Positions 53,340 to 64,000 of a stretch of 64,000 nucleotides of DNA are shown here, one piece after another. Location: assembly GCA_028023455.1 (NCBI GenBank), contig JAQFVV010000001.1:19902001-19966000 (forward strand), read 5' to 3'. The stretch is from Epiperipatus broadwayi (lineage: Eukaryota; Animalia; Onychophora). How positions within the stretch are numbered: the first letter of the stretch is position 1; each line of letters opens with the position of its first letter. The position numbers and the translations under genes were made by a program. Under the pieces are notes generated by a model. The model saw only the letters and a list, made by a program, of their open reading frames with translations. It did no database searches and had not been told where the DNA came from.

Positions 53340-53780
53340 ATTCAATCAGTGCTCAGATTGTATTAATATAGCATATCTTCAAACTTTAATGGACAAGCTT
53401 CAATCTTCTTCATCTCCAACTCTTTAGCCACCCATATCATTGGAAGTATGAGGATATAGCACTCAAAGCCCTTTTTCATGACAACATTATTATCACACCC
53501 ATATTAACATTGATCCCTCACATATAAAAACTTAATAAGTCCATTTAAATATATACAAGAGGGATGGGCAAAATACAGGCAAAATATGTAATATTTAAAT
53601 ACATGTATATTATCTATTCTAAACTTTATGTAAATAGAAGGGCTTTGAGCATTACATGCTCAGATTTTCAATGATATATGGCAGAAGAGTTGGAGAAGAT
53701 TGCAGTTTGTCCATTAAAGTTTGAAAATTTTCTATCTTAATATAAACTGAAGCACTGATTGTAGATATGTGTGGGAGATG

Positions 53781-53832
53781 ATGATCTAGACCAAATGATG
53801 AGTGATGGTTCAGCATAAAGTATGTATATTGG
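53781..53832 (+). ncRNA. Degenerate family A hammerhead copy
   Basis: ATGATCT-AGA-CCAA-aTGATGA-GTGATG-GTT-CAGCAT-aAAg-TATGTA-TA-TTGG; both core boxes are mutated. Confidence 0.65.
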
Positions 53833-54202
53833 GAATTAGTTACCTTTTTCACATGTATGTGACTGGTCACGTGTATTGGTTGTATAAGATAAAGAAATTA
53901 GTTTAGAGAGCTTGAAAGTCTGAGTTAAATAATGTACATGTATTTAAATATTACATACTAACCTGTATTTTGCCATCCCTTTTCTATATATTTAAATGGA
54001 TATATTAAGGTACTACATGTGAGGGGTCAGAGTGACTTAAAGTCAACATAAGTAATATTGGCATCAACAAGAGCATTGAGCATTACATCCTTGGATTTTT
54101 AGTGATATGAATGGCTGAAGAGTTGGAGGGTAGAGAAGATTAAAGTTTGTCCATTAAAGTTGGAAGATTTCCTACCTTAATATAAGCTGAAGCACAGATT
54201 GT

Positions 54203-54255
54203 TCTGGATCAAGATGACTGCTGGTTCAGAGTGAAATATGTATATTGGAGATCAT
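54203..54255 (+). ncRNA. Degenerate family A hammerhead copy
   Basis: TCAA-GATGA (CT deleted)-CTGCTG-GTT-CAGAGT-GAAA-TATGTA-TA-TTGG-AGATCAT. Confidence 0.6.
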
Positions 54256-55141
54256 TTATCTTTTTCACATGTATATGGTTATATGTATCAGTTGTATAAG
54301 ATATAATAGATAGTTGTAGAGGGTTTGAAAATCTGAATTCAAATCCTAATACATATATAATATTTAAATACAAGTTTATTGTCTATACTGAACTTAATGT
54401 AATTAGGAGGGATTTGAACTCAGAGTTTCAAGCTCCCATGTGTAGTTTAAGTAGCTTGAAAGCCTGAGTCCAAATCCCTTCTAATTATAATAGGGGAGAC
54501 CCAAAAATAACTGAACTCTTCCTCTGATATGAGAAACTATTGTAGTATATACTTCTGGTGCTACATACTTCTTGCATGAACATTTCTCATCAATCTGCCA
54601 AATGACATTGCAGTGAGAAATTATGGGTTTATGTAGCACTTTTTTTTTCTAAAATACATTTCATATATTTGTTAATTATTTTTTTATAATGGCTAAAATG
54701 TTCGAATTATCACAATTTTTTATGCAAATGGCATACTTCTCTCAGATTTAGTTCATAACTGTCAGCCATTTTATTTGCAAAGTTCTGAAACATTTATGTG
54801 ATACAATAAAACATAAACATCCCATTTTGTGCAAAGAAAAAAGTGTAAACTCTATCCCAATAGTGTCATTTCTCAAAGCCTTGAGTTTGAAACAATTTTA
54901 ATAAATTCAGCATGATCCAGTTTATCTATCAACTGTATTCACTCGATCTCACATTATATAATTTTTTTTAATCTTTCGAATGAAAGGAAGTATTATAATT
55001 TCTTTTTTTTTGGGGGGGATAATTCAAATTGGTAGGGGGGGGAAATTACAGAAGTATTAAAATGCATCACTGTGCAAGCATTTCAGAACTACTTCAAAAA
55101 GTGACAAACTGGTTTAGACTAGTACTTTCCATTAAATAAAC

Positions 55142-57689
55142 CAGTGGTAGTCAACCTGGTCCTTACCTCCCACAAGTGGGTGAACCAGCCTTCATGGTGG
55201 CCAGTAGGAGTTTTGTCTAATGCGGAAGTACTTTCTTTTTTTTTTAATTTAATTGACTTTTTAAAAAAAATCCATAGCATTATTTAAAAACATTTTCAAT
55301 AAATTTTCATAAAATTCACTGTGACAATTTAAATTTTTGAAAATATACTATTTGTATCTCCCATGCATAATTTTAATTCATGTTACATAAGTGAAACTAA
55401 ATGGAGCTATAGTGTGACCACTAACAAAAGAGCCTTGTCCTAGAATAGCTTGTGCATCTCCCCTCCAAACCCAATCCATGATGCCCGAGAAGCATGTACA
55501 GATGATGATTTACAGAAAGGCTCTTTTGTTTGTGGTCACATTGGTCAGTATGCAGTTAGATTTGTGAGTGAGCATTTGCCTACAGCATAATGTCTCAAAA
55601 AAATAAATACACGCATGACTATTTACCAGAAGTATCTGATGAGTTTCATAGAATCCGTTGTAAGTAAGCAACACCCAATGTGTTTATTGTGTCATAAAAC
55701 ATTATCGAATGAGGCAATAAAGTGAAGTCAATTATGAGAACATCTTGCTACAAAGCATCCAAATAATAAAGACAAGTCCATTGAATATTTTCAGGAAATA
55801 TATAAAAAATTTCAAAATCGTTCAACAATCATTGCATTATTTAAAAAACAACATGCAGTGAATGAAGATGGATTAATTTCCTCTTATTGCATTTCACATT
55901 TAATTACAAAAAGTGGTAAAAGTTATAATACTGGAGAAACTGTAATAATACCCTCTATAAAAAAATTTATCTTAACAGTAATGTGTCATGATATACCTGA
56001 AATTTTTAAAATGTTGCCCCTAAGTGATAGCACAGTAAAGCAACGTATTGAAGAAATGGCAGTTAAGGTTGAAAAAAAAATTATAAGTATTCTACAAAAC
56101 TCTTCATTTTCTATACAATTGGATGAGTCTACCATTGAAGACAATAATGCTTTATTGATAGCATATGTACATTATTCTGATGAAAACAATACATTATGAG
56201 AAGAAATGCTATTCACAATAAATCTCATTATAGATACAAAGGATTATCTATATTTAATACTGTGAAATCATACTTTACAAAAAATAATATTCCATTGAAT
56301 AATATTATTGCATGTGCTACTGATGGAGCACCATCAATGGTAGGCTGCTATCATGGATTTGTTGCTTAATTTGAAGGAAGAAGTGCCAAATGTTTTATGT
56401 ATTCATTGTGTGCTGCACAGACATCTTGTAGGAAAGCATCTAAGTACAGGACTCCAATTCATCATTAACTATAATAATTCAAACCATAAACAAGATCAAA
56501 TCCAATGCAAAAAATGATAGAATGTTTTGACAGCTTTGTCAGGACAATAATGATTTTAATAGGTTACTTTTGCACACAGAAGTTCAGTGGCTATCAAAGA
56601 GCACACCTTTGGCTTAATTTTTAGCATTATATAATAGTCTCATATAATTTTTTTGAAAGTAATTATGAGACCCATCTGTGTCAACCATTAAAAACAGTAA
56701 AGAATGATGCCTTTTATTTGGCAGATATTTTCAAAAGATTGAATGATGTCAATTTGCAGCATCAATGAGCTAATAAAACTCTTAAAGGTTGCCAAAGTAT
56801 TGTGTCATTATTTATTGACAAACTTGAACTACTTCATTATAATCTATTGAAAAAAGAATTTCATCAGTTTCCTCAATTATCATCAATAAAAGATGATGTA
56901 ACTCCAGAGAATATTGACAGATTCAGTAGCCACCTCAACAAAGTTATATTGGACATGGAAAAATGATTTGAAGATTTGAAATTGAAAGTGTATGTCTGGA
57001 TGAAAAATCCTTTTACACAAATATTGAAGAGGCTGCTACAACTTTCCATGAAGAACTGTTAGAAATTAGATATGATGAAGAAAGTAAACATAAATTTGAT
57101 AGTGATGGATATGAATACATATGGCAAAATAAAAAAAATGCCTGTCTTGTATCCAAATATGTGGAAAATGATATTCAATTTATTGATACATTTCCCTATC
57201 ACATATCTTGTGGAATCAGGCTTCAGTGTTGTTAATCATATTATGACAAAAGAAAGAAACTGCCTGAATATTTTCGAAAGAGGAGACCTTTGTTTGTTCA
57301 TTACAAAAATTGAGCCAGATAACCAGTATTTAGTTTTGCAGCATCAAGCTCAGAAATATCATTAATAATTTAAATAATTAAATGTAATTTCATCAGACTT
57401 CATGCTTTCTATGCATACAAAGTATATAAAAAAGATAGATTTAACTACTGTAAGTTGTTTTATAAAGATTTATTCTGCCAAACTTAGTGAAAGTCTAACA
57501 TAAAGTATTTGGAAAGTAATTGTTATTATATGCTTTAGTTTGCTGTAACTCTGCTTTATAAATTTTATAAAATTACTTCCCTACTTTATAAATCATCATT
57601 ACTGTGGAACTGGTGGGCGACTAGAAAAATTTTACTACTAACAGAGATACAAAAGTGGGCAATGGATATAAAGAGGTTGACTACCCCTG
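55142..57689 (+). mobile_element. hAT DNA transposon, Buster/Charlie (ZBED5/8-like) type, 2548 bp
   Basis: TIR CAG(T/G)GGTAGTCAACCT, 15/16 match. 8-bp TSD AAATAAAC / AAATACAC (7/8). Transposase remnant inside. Confidence 0.95.
55590..57365 (+). pseudogene. hAT transposase, disrupted by stops and frameshifts
   Basis: N-terminal C2H2-like finger PMCLLCHKTLSNE...HLATKHP, then SIQLDEST, CATDGAPSM, HCVLHR, LHTEVQWLSK and C-terminal TYLVESGFS. Confidence 0.92.
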
Positions 57690-59694
57690 AAATACACTAA
57701 ACTTTTTAAAGCAATTCAATTTGCAACATCTAAAAAAAAAAAATACACAATTTTTTATAATAAAATTTCGATTATTTTTGGATCTCACTGTGTGTATGTA
57801 TATAAAATCTAATAGTCATATTTATATATGTGTGTTTATATATGAAGTCACATAAATATTTATTTTGGCAATCTAGAGTACTTTTCGTAAGATGCATCAT
57901 GATCACAGCTTCAAGCTATTTTGCTAGTTGCTCTATTATTATTGTAGTATTTTTCCATTGCACACTATTCAAACTTTTATTAGTAATATTTTTCAATATG
58001 AAATTAATCTGACTTCCTTTACCTTTCATTTTATATCATTTCTTAAACAATATCCATTTTTGTGGGTGGGGGGGGGGGTGAGCAAATTTATTTTCATGAT
58101 TTAAAAAAAAAAAAAAACATTTTCAATGGATTACTTTAGATCTAATTATATTAGAATATCAATCATTTTAATCATAATACTCCTCTAGCTTTTGTTTCAT
58201 TATAGCATAATAACTGACAACTATAATATTACAAGCAATATAATACATGATCTGAAGTTTATCTCATATACTGACGCTATTTATTGTATTATTATTTAGC
58301 AAATTTAAATTTTCAGAAGATTCGAGACCAGAGACCAATAATAAAATCATTTAAAAAAATTCTTCAAAACACACGAAAAAAAAAAATCACAGGAAAGTAA
58401 TTCAAAGTTATTTCATGTTTAACTTCCTCATTGTGTAAATTTCACAATTTCTTTATATTATTAAATTCATTAATTTTTACATAGTAAAATGTTTTCTATT
58501 CAGTAGTACCATTTTAAATCTGATTCACTGTCCAATATATAATTTCATTAATCACATGCTGGTCAACATATACAAATATAATACTCACATTTACTGAATG
58601 ATATTAACCTAAATGTTCATGGCTACTGGCTACAATCAACAATCTTAATTGGCAATCTTACAGGCCATGACTTCTCACTTTACAAAAATCACTCTAAATA
58701 CTGTCATAAAATCATGATTAATTCAGTTCAATATATTTTAGTATAAGTTGAGATTTATTGTTATTTACATTATTCTTTGTTTAAATTCTATGTAACCATA
58801 ATGAAACTTCAATGGTCTAACAAAACCATAAATTTCACAAACATCAAATGGTATCATTCTATATTTCGTAATTGTTTGCAGTTTTCATAAATTCAACAAA
58901 TCAAAGCGTGATTTAATCATACATTGGATTAGTATAAGCAATAGGAAACAAGAACAAATTATGACAACTGAGATAGAATCTAATATATCAGCTATTTATT
59001 CCTATAATAAATTAATAAATATAATGTCAGTTACAATGAATTGCATATTTTGACAAATATCAACTAATATGACTAAAGATTACTCAGACAGATAAGAACA
59101 TTTTTAGAGATCAATCAAGTACTATTAATGAAAAGTGTAAATTAAATAAACTAAATGTTATATAGTCCTTAATTAAAATAATTTATGAATATACATAAAT
59201 AAAAATTTAAAATACTATAAATAATATTTCAATTTAAGAAAATATATGCTTTGAAACTGATGAATTGTATCTCATTGAAATGTCAGCTATTATTATCATT
59301 ATTTGAATAGGCAAATCATTTATAATGGAGAAAGAAAACATTAACGTCTTTTAAGAGAATCTAAATAGACTATTAGTTTTAATAGATTAATATATGAATT
59401 TCATTTATAAAAAACAATAACCTTTAATTATGTTAAAATAGCAAATTTTTTGAGATGATACTTATCACAGACATAGGTATAAAAATCTGTTCTAATAACC
59501 TTTGATATACAATTTAATTAATTAATTACAATAATCAAAAAAAAAAAAGCAAGTCATATATAATGTGACATTACTTTTATAAGCTTGTATTTACAAAAAT
59601 GCAATCCAGAGAGCATACCAATAGCTCATACAAGCTCTTAATTAATAAGTGTGGTATGAGAAAATATTTAAAATCTCCATCCAGAACACTCCCA

Positions 59695-59744
59695 TCTCCA
59701 CACCAACTGTTTTCTAGCTTATGGTTCACTAGAGTGAGTGGAGA
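59695..59744 (-). ncRNA. Degenerate family B hammerhead-like copy
   Basis: TCTCCA-CTCACTCTAGTGA-ACCATAAGCTA-GAAA-ACAGTTGG-TG-TGGAGA: GAAA and stem I are kept; the 5' core and cleavage triplet are altered. Confidence 0.45.
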
Positions 59745-60046
59745 GCTAGAATATTTTGACATTAGATTTAAAATATCAACTCAAAACCCAGCACTTATTT
59801 TATACATAATGTTTAAGTAGAAACTCTGAATTTTCAGACATGAAAATGTCTTTAAATCCAGCTATCTAACTTAAATAGCTATATGGGACTGAGCTAAATT
59901 CAGATCTATCGTATTTTAATAGCCTCAGTATAGCCAAAGTCTTAAAGATAAAATTATAATCAAATTATAAGCTTGTATTTACAAATATGCAATCCAGAGA
60001 GCAGACCAATAACTCAAACAAAGATTTAGGGTCTAAATATTCTAGC

Positions 60047-60092
60047 TCTCCACTGACATGAGCCATAAGCTCAAAACCAGTTGGTCTGGAGA
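60047..60092 (+). ncRNA. Family B type-I hammerhead-like motif with a deviant core
   Basis: TCTCCA-CTGACA-TGAGC-CATAA-GCTCA-AAA-CCAGTTGG-TC-TGGAGA: 6-bp stem I, 5-bp stem II, palindromic stem III and GUC triplet, but G8 and G12 are missing. Confidence 0.55.
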
Positions 60093-60465
60093 TGGGAGAG
60101 TTCTGGATTGAGATTTTAAATATTTTCTCATACCACACTTCTTAATTAAGAACTTGTTTGAGCTAATGGTATGCTCTCTGGATTGCATTTTTGTAAATAC
60201 AAGCTTATAAAAATAATGTCATGTTATATATGACTTGCTTTTTTTTATTATTATAATTTTACCTTTAGGCTTTGGCTATGCTGAGGCCATTAAAATATGG
60301 TAGATCTTAATTTAGTTCAATCCCATATAGCTATTTAAGTTAGATAGCTGGATTTAAAGACATTTTCATGTCTGAAAATTTCAGAGTATCTACTTAAATA
60401 TTATATATAAAATAAGTGCTGGATTTTGAGTTGATATTTTAGATCTAGTGTCCAAATATTCTAGC

Positions 60466-60511
60466 TCTCCACTGACATGAGCCATAAGCTCAAAACCAGT
60501 TAGTCTGGAGA
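60466..60511 (+). ncRNA. Second family B hammerhead-like motif
   Basis: Same as 60047-60092 except for one G-to-A change in stem III. Confidence 0.5.
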
Positions 60512-62837
60512 TGGGCATGTTTTGGATGGAGATTTTAAATATTTTCTCATACCTCACTTATTAATTAAGAGCTTATTTTAGCTGTTGGTATGCTCTCTGG
60601 ATTAATTAATTACAGTAGAAACTTTCCAGGATAAACATTAATATAAAGACTTGACATTTTCAGAGAAAAAAAAAACTCCTAAATTGCAATACAGACTGCC
60701 ATCAATTTTGAATATAAGGATTATTAAAATATCAAATAGTTTAAATACCAAATAAGATAAAAGTAATCTATGGGTTGAAATGGTATATATTGGCTTACAT
60801 CCCATTTCACCTACTATGTCCCATAGTAGTAATTATTCTAGGTTTAAAGTCTGCCAAGTACACATATATTTACATATACACACATGTGTGTACACATATG
60901 TTCACGTAAACCTATGTATAATATGTATATCTAAGTATATTTCACATGTTAAATTAAACGCATGTCTCGGTAAACATCGTTATATATGTATGGATACACT
61001 TACATATATGCTAGTGAGCTGTGACATGAAACTAATTTACTAGCATTACAACATGATTATAACTATATATCTTTAATTTGATGTAATGTATGTGTATAAA
61101 TTTATTCTTCATTTGTTCAAACATCTCACATATATGTTCAATTCACATACATATATAACAAAATGTTTTTGCAGAAAATATTTAGTTTCTAAAAATATTA
61201 AACAGATCTTAGTAAAAAGATCACACGACATGCAAATTTGCATGGAGATCAAATATAAATCTTAAAATACTAAATTGTAAAGTACACCTTGATCAAAACA
61301 AATGTGATCATGCAGCATTATTTTATTTTCACTAGGGAATCGCTTTTGTCTCTACAATGATGTAAACGTTAGATTTTTAAAAAAGTGTTAAATTTAAAGA
61401 TTAAAATTAAAAGTTGTAAACAAACTAATGGCTTATAGGCTGTAAAAGCTGGTTGTAGTCAAATATGACAGGGCAATCAGAAATCTAATATATAAACCCC
61501 CAATTTTCAGCACTCAAGAGTTCTCATATAATATAATGTAAGCAGTTGCCACTGAAAGCTATGCCCATTGAAAATTTGACATGAGTGGCTAGAAAGACAC
61601 CAATTTGGCTGTTGTGACCTTCAACCCATCCTGCAAGCTGCCCAGCAATCAACAACATGGCCAGGATGGAGGAGTACAATGTCACCAGCTGCCAAAAAAA
61701 GACAGCGAGAGAGAAACCTACCCAGAAATGTGAGAGTACCCACTACAAATGCCAGACAGTTCAGTCTTTAGAAGAATCAGTAATATTCTCCACCATAGAT
61801 CTCTATAAATCTATTAAACTTATAATAATTTAATCAACTAACTATGAACATTCATAAAGTATAATGCTTATTTAATTAAATCTTTGTTTAAATTACATCT
61901 ATAATTGTACACATAAAAGCTTTCCTATCAATGTAACTTTAAAATAAATTTCTAAAATTGTAATAACTGAATCATTTATTAATCTAATCTTTTCTATAAT
62001 CTGTGGTCATGTCTAATTCTTTATTATTTGATTTCATTTTAAATTTATGTCATATCCTATGCCATTATTTCAAAGCAGGGAGAATTAATATAAATCTTTG
62101 GGGAGAAATTATTAGAAGGTCTCCAGTAAAATGTTTCATTGCTTTTTTAGCAAACATAATTGCTGCTTTGAAATCTATTCACATATAACAACAGACTGAT
62201 ACATGGTCATTGTTATGTATTAGTTAAATAATGGCCAGAGGTGATATTGCGAGCATATTTATAATTATTATAAAGCCCAAAATATGCTTTTCCCTCCCTA
62301 GTTAATTATAAAAGAATATATACAGATTCTATTTATTAAAACTAGATTGTTATTAATGAATCCATCTTAGCATGATTAGGATATGCTAATTTGAAAACTG
62401 GGTCAAGGTAGTTTTTGCTGAACAAAACTATAGAATTTTGCGCATTTACATTTGTCTATAATATTAGTATTATTTATAAGCACTATGAATGTGTTTTTAC
62501 TAAACACTATTGTGTATTATACCTTGCTATGCTTTCTTTAAATGGGCTCATGGTGATAGCCACCCATTGTTTGGTTTGGATAGCTAGACTTCTAGACCTG
62601 GAACATGAGGTCCAGAGCCATGTTTTCAGCTGCTTCGACACACTGACATAAATGTTCTTTATTGCACTAGCAAGTCATACAGTCCAAGGAAACTGAGCAC
62701 TAGATAATGAATCCATGAATAGTTTATATATTTGTAGAGCAATCTTAAATTTAATAATTAGCACCATAGTCTCAGAAGCCCAGCTATGGCAACCAGTATG
62801 TTCTGCCTATTAGTTAATTTTGGTATTGGTCAGAACC

Positions 62838-63112
62838 TGAAATCTGCTTTGCCAAAAGAATCTATATTTGAGCTTATTAATTGCTCACTGATAGTAATTA
62901 GAATTAGCAAGTTAATGTTTTATATTATATCATCTTGGTAAGGGTTAACCTAATGCTCACAAACCTTAAATATATGAAATCTGCTTGGCCAAAGGAATCT
63001 ATATTTCTGCTTATTAATTGCTCACTGATAGTAATTTAGAATTAGCAAGTTAATGTTTTACATTATATCATCTTCGTAAGTGTTAACCTATTGCTCGCAA
63101 ATGTCAAATATA
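62838..63112. repeat. Two-copy tandem duplication, 137-bp period
   Basis: TGAAATCTGCTT...AAATATA starts at 62838 and again at 62975. Confidence 0.92.
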
Positions 63113-64000
63113 GTTGGTGTAACATATAGGCATGAGTCTTGATTGTATATAGTAATATATATAAAGTGCATTATCATTAAGATGAAATTTCTGTACTGTA
63201 ATTATCTCATCATTGTTGTAATGCCTGTGTGCATAAAACTGCAAAACCAATGCATATTTTTCTGTTTCTTATATATAATCAATTTGTTTAATTTTGTTTG
63301 TTAAAGATATTTAAATTTAATATTATTTAGTGTCTCTCACAATCCATTGCAAATCAAATCCAAATCAAGTCTCAGTTAAACATAATATAATTTTATTAAT
63401 ATATATATATATATGCATTATGTTAGTAAGCCATAAGTGTTGATATGTCTCTTTTATATTTATTATTATTAAATTATTAATTATCCCACTGAATCTTATG
63501 TTCCACCCTTTTCTCAGCCATCTTGCAAATTAAATTGAGACTGAATGTAACCTCATATATGTCATCCATAGGATATTGAATCATGGACCACTGATAAATA
63601 AGTTGAAGTATGGTCAGATTTGAGGTCTCAACCCCTCATTTTAATCAGCTTTGGTGTAATTTACCTGAACTCTGGATTTTGTTGCATGAATGTCAAATAT
63701 GACCATTACATAGGTAACACAAGATAAAAGTATTTCAAGATTGATCACTGAGTATGATATCTTTTGCAGTAATACGATCATCTCATATTACAAAGAAGGT
63801 TGTGTGTGTGTGTGTTAGTATGTTTTTGTTATCAGTGCAGTGAAATTCATTAAAGTATCATAGTGAATTAATCTGGGGTCATACTCATTTAATAAATAAT
63901 GCTAGAACGTTATGTGCATTTATCATTTTAAAAATATCTCACTCAGCTTAGTCAGCCAAATCCCAGATTGTGACGATGGCAGGGGATTTTACTAATCATT

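Larger units (their letters stand above)
53186..54485. repeat. Inverted-plus-tandem array of ~420-430-bp hammerhead family A units
   Basis: One unit in minus orientation (53186-53607), ~1.7 units in plus orientation (53637-54370, period ~416-431), then a terminal hairpin (54396-54485). Confidence 0.85.
54492..57792. mobile_element. Possible Tc1/mariner-type non-autonomous element interrupted by the hAT insertion
   Basis: GAGACCCAAAAATAACTGAA (~54496) matches the reverse complement of TTCGATTATTTTTGGATCTC (~57767-57786) at 17 of 20 positions. TA TSDs are not clean. Confidence 0.3.
59531..60600. repeat. Inverted-tandem array of ~420-bp units (hammerhead-like family B) between 14-bp direct repeats
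   Basis: 59531-60025 lies in one orientation and 60031-60600 in the opposite orientation (period 419). ATTAATTAATTACA at 59517-59530 and 60601-60614. Confidence 0.88.

Noticed and set aside
59257-59290. CTGATGA...GAAA-TG-TC
   Set aside because: Neither stem I nor stem II can pair, and it is not part of a repeat unit.
61008-61046. 10-bp stem enclosing CTGTGA...GAAA
   Set aside because: The core lacks A6, stem II is absent and stem III does not pair; too degenerate to call a hammerhead.
1-64000. Remaining 60-116-aa ORFs in the track
   Set aside because: Low-complexity F/I/L/Y/K composition expected from AT-rich non-coding DNA, many with non-ATG starts and no domains.

Overview
Very AT-rich, CpG-depleted eukaryotic DNA, probably from an invertebrate (inferred from the repeat types; the taxon is not provable here). 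I recognise no host protein-coding gene; at most there is a weak 2-3 exon candidate on the minus strand at 24.1-28.9 kb. The window is dominated by mobile DNA: a full-length decayed Ty3/Gypsy LTR retrotransposon (29060-36816, minus, ~1.8 kb LTRs), a 5'-truncated RTE LINE with a 12-bp TSD (43705-45296), a Buster/Charlie-type hAT transposon with TIRs and an 8-bp TSD (55142-57689), older mariner and RTE remnants, two ~103-bp tRNA-derived SINEs with TSDs, a piggyBac-like element and several MITE-like foldbacks. The most notable signal is non-coding. Three arrays of ~420-460-bp tandem units (8.7-9.3, 53.2-54.5 and 59.5-60.6 kb; two sequence families) carry minimal type-I hammerhead ribozyme motifs with palindromic stem III. 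One copy (53287-53339, minus) has an intact catalytic core. One array starts at the predicted self-cleavage site, and the other two are arranged as inverted tandems. This fits ribozyme-bearing non-autonomous retroelements (retrozyme or Penelope-like pseudo-LTR arrays). All alignments and folds were done by eye; nothing was computed or database-searched.
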